A stretch of DNA of 64,000 bases from Trueperaceae bacterium (GTDB lineage: Bacteria > Deinococcota > Deinococci > Deinococcales > Trueperaceae), in NCBI GenBank assembly GCA_965214405.1, contig OZ243956.1, positions 4,128,001 through 4,192,000 on the forward strand, in the 5' to 3' direction. This document shows positions 58,830 to 64,000 of the stretch, one piece after another; position 1 is the first letter of the stretch; each line of letters starts with the position of its first letter. The notes under the pieces were generated by a model. That model did not search any database and had not been told where the DNA came from. It saw only the letters and a list, made by a program, of their open reading frames with translations. Made by a program: the position numbers and the translations under genes.

Positions 58830-59299
58830 ATGGACACCCAAACTTTTCTGGATGAGCTGCAAAACTACGACAAGGGCAGGGCGCTGGTGTTCAACCTCGG
58901 GACACGTATCGTGGCTCCCGGCTATCACATCACGGAGGTCAAGGCGGTTACGGTGCAGTCTATGGACTGTGGCGGTAGGGCGAACGCTTGGAACGAGACT
59001 GTTGTACAACTCTGGTCGCCTGGTGCGCGGCCCGACGAGGGTTATATGACGGTCGGCAAATTTCTCGGCATCTACGGCAGCGTTGCCTCCAGTATGCCCA
59101 TCGATGGTGAGGCCGTGCTGCGCTTCGAGTACGGAGATGTGGGTGAACCGGCTATCTGGTCGGTGGTGTAGATGCGGAAGGCGATGCCGTGAGGGTGAGC
59201 CTGAGCGTGCCGGGGGTCGCGTGCAAACCGCGGTACGAGCAGGCTGGGAACGCCCCCGTAGTTATGGCCTCGGCAAGGGGCGGGGCGTGTTGTTTGTGA
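58830..59299 (+). pseudogene. DUF6428-like arsenic-associated protein, frameshifted near 59155
   Basis: YHITEVK...MDCGG...ETVVQLW; continues in another frame as YLVGG...VACK...ACCL*. Confidence 0.75.
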
Positions 59300-59376
59300 G
59301 GGGAACGGCCGACTACCAGGTGGTTGCGGTTTTTCTGCCGTATTGACCAGCTTCTGTAGACTCAAGGCGCGGGGGC

Positions 59377-59410
59377 GTTCTGCCAGGCGAGAAACCGCGC
59401 CTGGCAGAAC
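59377..59410. terminator. Hairpin between convergent genes
   Basis: GTTCTGCCAGGCG-8 nt-CGCCTGGCAGAAC. Confidence 0.55.
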
Positions 59411-59479
59411 ATAACGGAACAACCGGGCAGCTAATCCGTAGCGTTCTGCGGCGAACGCGCGCGTCTGCGCATAAGGGTT

Positions 59480-60360
59480 TTAGTCCAGCCGCCTAACCGC
59501 AGGTACCGACAGACCTACAAGCGTTAGCAGCGTTGTCACCCCGCCATAAACGAGCGCCACCTGTCCCAGCGGGACTACCTCGGCGAGGTAGCCTGTGAGC
59601 AGGAAGCCGAGCGGCAGAAGCGCGAACGAGCCCAGCATGTCGATGCTAACCACCCTTCCCAAGACATCGTCCGGCACCAGCTCTTGCATCACCGTCTCCC
59701 AGATTATTCCGAACACCGCCATGCTCGCGCCCGCCAGAGCCGTGGCAAGCACGCCCCAAACGACCGTCGGCGCGACAGCGAGCCCCATGAGGGCAAGTCC
59801 CGACATTACGACCCCGAGGTAGGCGGCCAAGCCGCGCCGCCGCAGCCTACCGAGCTGATTAAGCACGAGTGAGCTGACCAGCGCGCCCCCGGCTACCCCC
59901 GCCAGGAGCCAGCCCAGTGAGGACGCCCCCGCGAAACGCGCCTCCGCCAGGAGCGGCAGCAGCACGACCGTCACGCCGCTCACGCAGATGTTGACGACCG
60001 AGAAGATCAGGATAGTCACCCAGAGCCAGGTGGAGCTTAAGACATAGCGGAAGCCTTCGCGCAAGTCGTGAAGATAACCGCTTTCTCCTTTTACCTGCGC
60101 CTTAACCATCGGACGAGGACGCACCGCTAGCAGACAGAGCGCCCCGACGACGAAGGTGCCCGCGTCGAAGCCGAGCGCCAAGGTCAAGCTACCGACGCTT
60201 ATCAGCAGGCCGCCGAGCGGCGGACCTAAGATGTCCGCGAGTTCCCCGGCGAAGGCGCGCGCCGCGTTCGCTTGTGTCAAGCTCGCGTGCGCCACGAGCT
60301 GCGGCACGAGGCTCGTGGTGGCGGACAAGAAGAAGGCGCTGGCAAGTCCGAACGCTGCTG
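59480..60360 (-). pseudogene. 5'-truncated MFS transporter (DHA3-like)
   Basis: Begins mid-protein (AAFGLASAFF...LVPQLV), with a stop just upstream and no first TM helices. Confidence 0.75.
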
Positions 60361-60458
60361 GCTCTTTTCATAGAGGCTTGAGCAACTCGCGGTGAAAGTC
60401 GCACGAAATTGTCCTCAGGCGGCGTGATACTGGAGACGGTGCCCTGCTACCCGGAACT

Positions 60459-61676
60459 TTATGCGGCGTAGGAGGCAAGCACCTCTAAGACATCGTCGAC
60501 ATCTTGTTCTGTTAAATTTGCGTTTAGTTGAAACCGGATACTTTCATCGCCCACCGGCACAACTGGAAAGACAATGCCGGTTGCCAAAACACCTTTGTCA
60601 AACAAGTAGTTTACGATATCAGATGTTCTAGCTGTGTCACGCACCATAAGTGGGGTCACGGGGTGTTCACCACTCAACGTCTCTAAGCCCAAATCGTCCA
60701 AGCCTTTTTCAAATTGTTTGGCTCGTCTATAAAGATTACTGAGTCGCGCCTGACCTTCAGGGGTTTGCACAAGCTCGAGCGCTTTAGTAGCGGCAGCCGC
60801 CTCGGCTGCACCAATCGGGTTTGAGTAAATGTACATAGGACTCATCTCCCGCAAGAATTGTGTCAGGATACCTGTTCCTACAACGTAGCCTCCATTAACC
60901 CCAAATGCTTTACCGAGCGTTCCGATGAGGATATCTGCTTTACAGTCGGTAGCTTCTTCTGTACCGCGCCCGGTAGCACCAAAGGCGCCGACGCCGTGGG
61001 AATCATCGACAATAAGCACTGCACCTTCGAGGAAGCGTTCCGAATAGTTGTTTAAGCATTCCCTAAGTTGTTTTAGGGGCGCGTGGGTGCCGCGCATACT
61101 AAAAATACCGTCCGTTATCAGGACTAAGCGGTTACACGCCTCCGGGATAGCTGCTAGTTTCTCTCGCACATCTTCGAGGTCGAGATGCTTATAAACAGCC
61201 CTGTATTTGGGTCGGGAAAGTTTGATGCCGTTAATAATGCAGTTGTGGTTGAGTTCATCACTCAAAATGGCTGTGTCAGGTGTGATGAGCGAGCTTATGG
61301 TACTCACCACGGCGGCGTAGGCAGAGTTGAAAATAATACAATCTTCACGACTGTGAAACTTGGCGAGGACCTGCTCGAGCCTGGTATGCACAGCTTGTGT
61401 ACCGCTAATAAAGCGCACAGCACCCGGACCAACGCCGTAGGTCCGACAGGCTTCTTCCGCCGCCACCATAAGGGCAGGGTGAGTTGCCAAACCTAAATAA
61501 TCATTGCTGTTCATTTTTATAAAGGTCTGCTCACTACCCTCGAGTAAATAGCGGTGCCCCCGCTTCCCCTCAGGGGGAAGGAAAGCTCGAATAGGACGCT
61601 CTGGACCTTTGTCACGTCCTTCAAGGGCTAAACGTTCGAGCTGATTTTGTAAGGCATGGTCTAAGGCAGGATTCAT
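60459..61676 (-). CDS. kbl: 2-amino-3-ketobutyrate CoA ligase (glycine C-acetyltransferase)
   Basis: NSNDYLGL, AVRFISGT, DELNHNC, DDSHG and GTLGKAFG motifs; next to a Thr dehydrogenase gene. Confidence 0.85.
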   Translation of the reverse strand: MNPALDHALQNQLERLALEGRDKGPERPIRAFLPPEGKRGHRYLLEGSEQTFIKMNSNDYLGLATHPALMVAAEEACRTYGVGPGAVRFISGTQAVHTRLEQVLAKFHSREDCIIFNSAYAAVVSTISSLITPDTAILSDELNHNCIINGIKLSRPKYRAVYKHLDLEDVREKLAAIPEACNRLVLITDGIFSMRGTHAPLKQLRECLNNYSERFLEGAVLIVDDSHGVGAFGATGRGTEEATDCKADILIGTLGKAFGVNGGYVVGTGILTQFLREMSPMYIYSNPIGAAEAAAATKALELVQTPEGQARLSNLYRRAKQFEKGLDDLGLETLSGEHPVTPLMVRDTARTSDIVNYLFDKGVLATGIVFPVVPVGDESIRFQLNANLTEQDVDDVLEVLASYAA

Positions 61677-61684
61677 CGAGTCTC

Positions 61685-62462
61685 CTAAAGGGCAGAGCTT
61701 TTTTGCTGGGCGAACTGTTCGAGCGCGTGCTCTGTCATCCTATTTAAATCGAATTCAGGTTGCCAGCCCCAATCACGCCTGGCCTCACTGTCATCGAGGG
61801 AATCAGGCCAGCCGTCGGCAATAGCTTGAAGCTGCGGGTTGGGGTCGCACTGCAATTCAAAGTCGGGATAACATCTTTTTACAGCCTGTGCCAAACTGCT
61901 GGGGCTAAGTGAAAATGCGGTAATGTTATAAGCGTTGCGATGGTTCAAGGCTTGCTGATCGGCGTGCATGAGTTCCAACGTCGCTCTAATAGCGTCGGGC
62001 ATGTACATCATATCTAACAGCGTCTCGGCTTTGAGCGGCGCAGTATAATGACCGCTTGCGGCAACGCGCAAAAGCTCGACGGCGTAGTCCGTGGTACCCC
62101 CACCAGGCGGCGCGGTGACCGAGATGAGACCTGGGTACCGTAACCCTCTTATATCCAGGTCGTAGCGCGCAGCATAGTAATCACACAACAGCTCGCCTGT
62201 GATTTTGGTGATTCCGTAAAGGGTATGAGGTCTTTGAACAGTGACCTGGGGCGTTTTATGGTGAGGGGTGTCGGGTCCGAAAGCGGCAATCGAACTCGGC
62301 ACGAAAAGCTGGCAGCCCGTAACCCTGATCACCTCTAAAACATTTTGCAAGCCCGTTATGTTCAAATTCCAAGCCGCTCGAGGGTTGGCTTCGGTCGTAA
62401 CTGAAAGCAACGCTGCCAAATGATAGATGACGCGAATGTTGTACTTGCTGACCAGTTCAAAC
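61685..62462 (-). pseudogene. SDR-type L-threonine 3-dehydrogenase; N-terminal Rossmann motif lost at the IS junction
   Basis: HLAALLS, PSSIAAFG, YGITK, PGGGTTDYAV and MMYMPD motifs; homology stops at IS end 62463. Confidence 0.85.
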
Positions 62463-62518
62463 TGTAGTGCTTCTCCAAAGCGGCACCACCCTTTAAGGTG
62501 GAGAAAAGGAGAAGCGAG

Positions 62519-62812
62519 ATGGCAAGGATCAGACCCAAACAGTGGAGCAGCGAGGAAAAGACGGCGCTTGTGCTGACGCTCTTGCGAGGCGAGGCCAGTG
62601 CTGCGGAACTGTGCAGGCGGCATGGCATGAGCGAGAACAGCTTGTACACCTGGCGGGAGCGGTTTTTAGCAGCAGGCCAAGAGGCTTTGACCAATGGAAA
62701 AGCGAAGAGAGGAATTGCTTCTAAAGCAGAGGAAGAGAACCGAGCCCTGAAAGAGGCACTGGCAGAGGCGGTGTTGCGGAACGAGCTGCTCAAAAAAACG
62801 CGCCTCGGATGA
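62519..62812 (+). CDS. Transposase OrfA
   Basis: WSSEEK...LCRRHGM...YTWR; A7 run before the stop. Confidence 0.88.
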   Translation: MARIRPKQWSSEEKTALVLTLLRGEASAAELCRRHGMSENSLYTWRERFLAAGQEALTNGKAKRGIASKAEEENRALKEALAEAVLRNELLKKTRLG

Positions 62813-63645
62813 GTTATCAGGAGATGGAGGCACTTCGGGAGGAACTGGGCTTGGGTGTCAATGCTTTTTTGCGGCTCGGCGGTATTGCTAAGAGCAGCTA
62901 CTACCGACGTAAACGCGGCGGCAAGGCAAAAACAACTCTGCAAGCGGCGGTCGAGGAAAGGGTAAAACGACTCTGCGACGAACATCCTCGGCTGGGGCAC
63001 CGGCCCATCCACGCGTTGCTGGCAAAAACGCATCCCATCAGCCCGAGCACGGTCTACCGAATCATGAAGCGGCTTGACCTGTGTCAGAAACCTCAGAAAA
63101 AGAAAAGGGTGAAAAGCAGCTCTGCTCCTCTGGAGCTGGACAACCTTGGCCTCACCGTCGGGCTCGACTTTACGCACTGGGGTCAAAAGCCTATCCTCAA
63201 CGTGCTGGAGTATGAGAGCCGTTACTGCTTAGCGTCGGTAGTGAGCGAGCGCGAAACCAGCGAAGCCGCCAAAGAAGCTCTTGACCGTGCTCTACAAGAG
63301 GCGAAGGGTCTCGGATTGCCTTATAGGAATATAGAAGTCAAGAGTGACCACGGGAGCACCTTTACGGCTGAGACCTTTCGCAGCTTCTTACACGACCACC
63401 GTTGTCAACACACGCTCTCGGCGGTGGGTCGTCCTCAAGGGATGGGACGGGTCGAGCGTTTCAACCGCTCGCTCAAAGAACAGGGGCTTCAGCCTGAAGA
63501 CCTCGAACCCAGCCAAAGTTTGCAGCCCACGCTCGACGCCTACCGCAACTACTATAATATTAAGCGTCCCCACCAAGCCCTCGGCTACAAAACCCCACTA
63601 GAACTTCTGCAGTCAAAGGGCTATAATTCAGTACCGCTAATTTGA
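62809..63645 (+). CDS. Transposase OrfB (DDE/rve core)
   Basis: LDFT, KSDHGSTF, ERFNRSLK and YNIKRPHQAL motifs. Confidence 0.9.
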   Translation: MSYQEMEALREELGLGVNAFLRLGGIAKSSYYRRKRGGKAKTTLQAAVEERVKRLCDEHPRLGHRPIHALLAKTHPISPSTVYRIMKRLDLCQKPQKKKRVKSSSAPLELDNLGLTVGLDFTHWGQKPILNVLEYESRYCLASVVSERETSEAAKEALDRALQEAKGLGLPYRNIEVKSDHGSTFTAETFRSFLHDHRCQHTLSAVGRPQGMGRVERFNRSLKEQGLQPEDLEPSQSLQPTLDAYRNYYNIKRPHQALGYKTPLELLQSKGYNSVPLI

Positions 63646-63654
63646 AGCACTACA

Positions 63655-63811
63655 TAAGACCTACGAACGCGCCCACGCTGCGACTTCACGCGAACTTCGC
63701 CCTCTCTTCGAGCGTCAACACGAAAGCAAGTGAAGTCAGCACACCAACGCCGTCTACCTGCTTGAGCACAAACGTCTCCGGGTAGCGCTGTTGTGAGAGC
63801 AGCTCGAGCCT
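63655..63811 (-). pseudogene. IS110-family transposase fragment
   Basis: RYPETFVLKQVDGVGVLTSLAFVLTLEERAKFA*SRSVGAFVGL with an internal stop, cut by the IS3-like element. Confidence 0.75.
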
Positions 63812-64000
63812 TGAAAGAGTGCAGGCGTTCATCAGGATATGGGTCGAATCGGTTCTAACTTTACCTCTAGGTTTTACGAGACCCTTTTCTTTAAGTTGTT
63901 CAAGCAGCCTGTCCAGCAGTCGTAACGCTGCGCTCCCCGAGACGAGTCGAGACCGGAACTCGCTCAGACAGTGGTTTCTGGTATCTCATATATTTCTGAG

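Larger units (their letters stand above)
62463..63654 (+). mobile_element. IS3-family-like element, 1192 bp
   Basis: TG...CA ends; IRs TGTAGTGCTTC.....AGCGG.AC; no target duplication. Confidence 0.9.
48858..64000. mobile_element. tRNA-Trp-anchored genomic island, decaying; right end not in window
   Basis: GC drop after the tRNA; TA pair, primase/AAA module, IS elements, ars cluster and pseudogenes; no integrase seen. Confidence 0.7.

Noticed and set aside
62463..62623. Apparent intact 312-aa dehydrogenase ORF
   Set aside because: Its first ~54 codons are antisense IS sequence, and the GxxGxxG motif is missing.

Overview
GC-rich bacterial chromosome segment. A Deinococcota (Trueperaceae-like) origin is inferred from gene content, a Deinococcus-like small repeat and strong CTCGAG enrichment. 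1-22.5 kb is mostly core: an RND efflux operon with two TolC genes, a cobalamin-riboswitch B12 uptake/salvage operon with an internally deleted cobO, hup, zapE, an HD-GYP protein, a large regulator, a Kef-type antiporter fused to a zf-UBP domain, and a LuxR regulator. 22.6-35.9 kb is the most unusual block. A SARP/NB-ARC/TPR regulator lies divergent from a run of genes encoding an EF-hand lipoprotein, five tandem Cys-rich secreted paralogs (plus a relic sixth), a lipoprotein with a leukocidin/cytolysin-like beta-pore motif, and a cytochrome P460-hexaheme fusion. 36-48.6 kb holds an S1C/PDZ protein, an ABC exporter, a REC-TrxB / cNMP-kinase / glutaredoxin / zf-UBP module and housekeeping genes. 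After tRNA-Trp (48782) lies a decaying mobile island: MazF-type TA pair, primase-AAA replication module, arsenic-resistance cluster, two IS elements, a 100-bp MITE, kbl/tdh and several pseudogenes. All calls come from reading motifs by eye; no searches were run.
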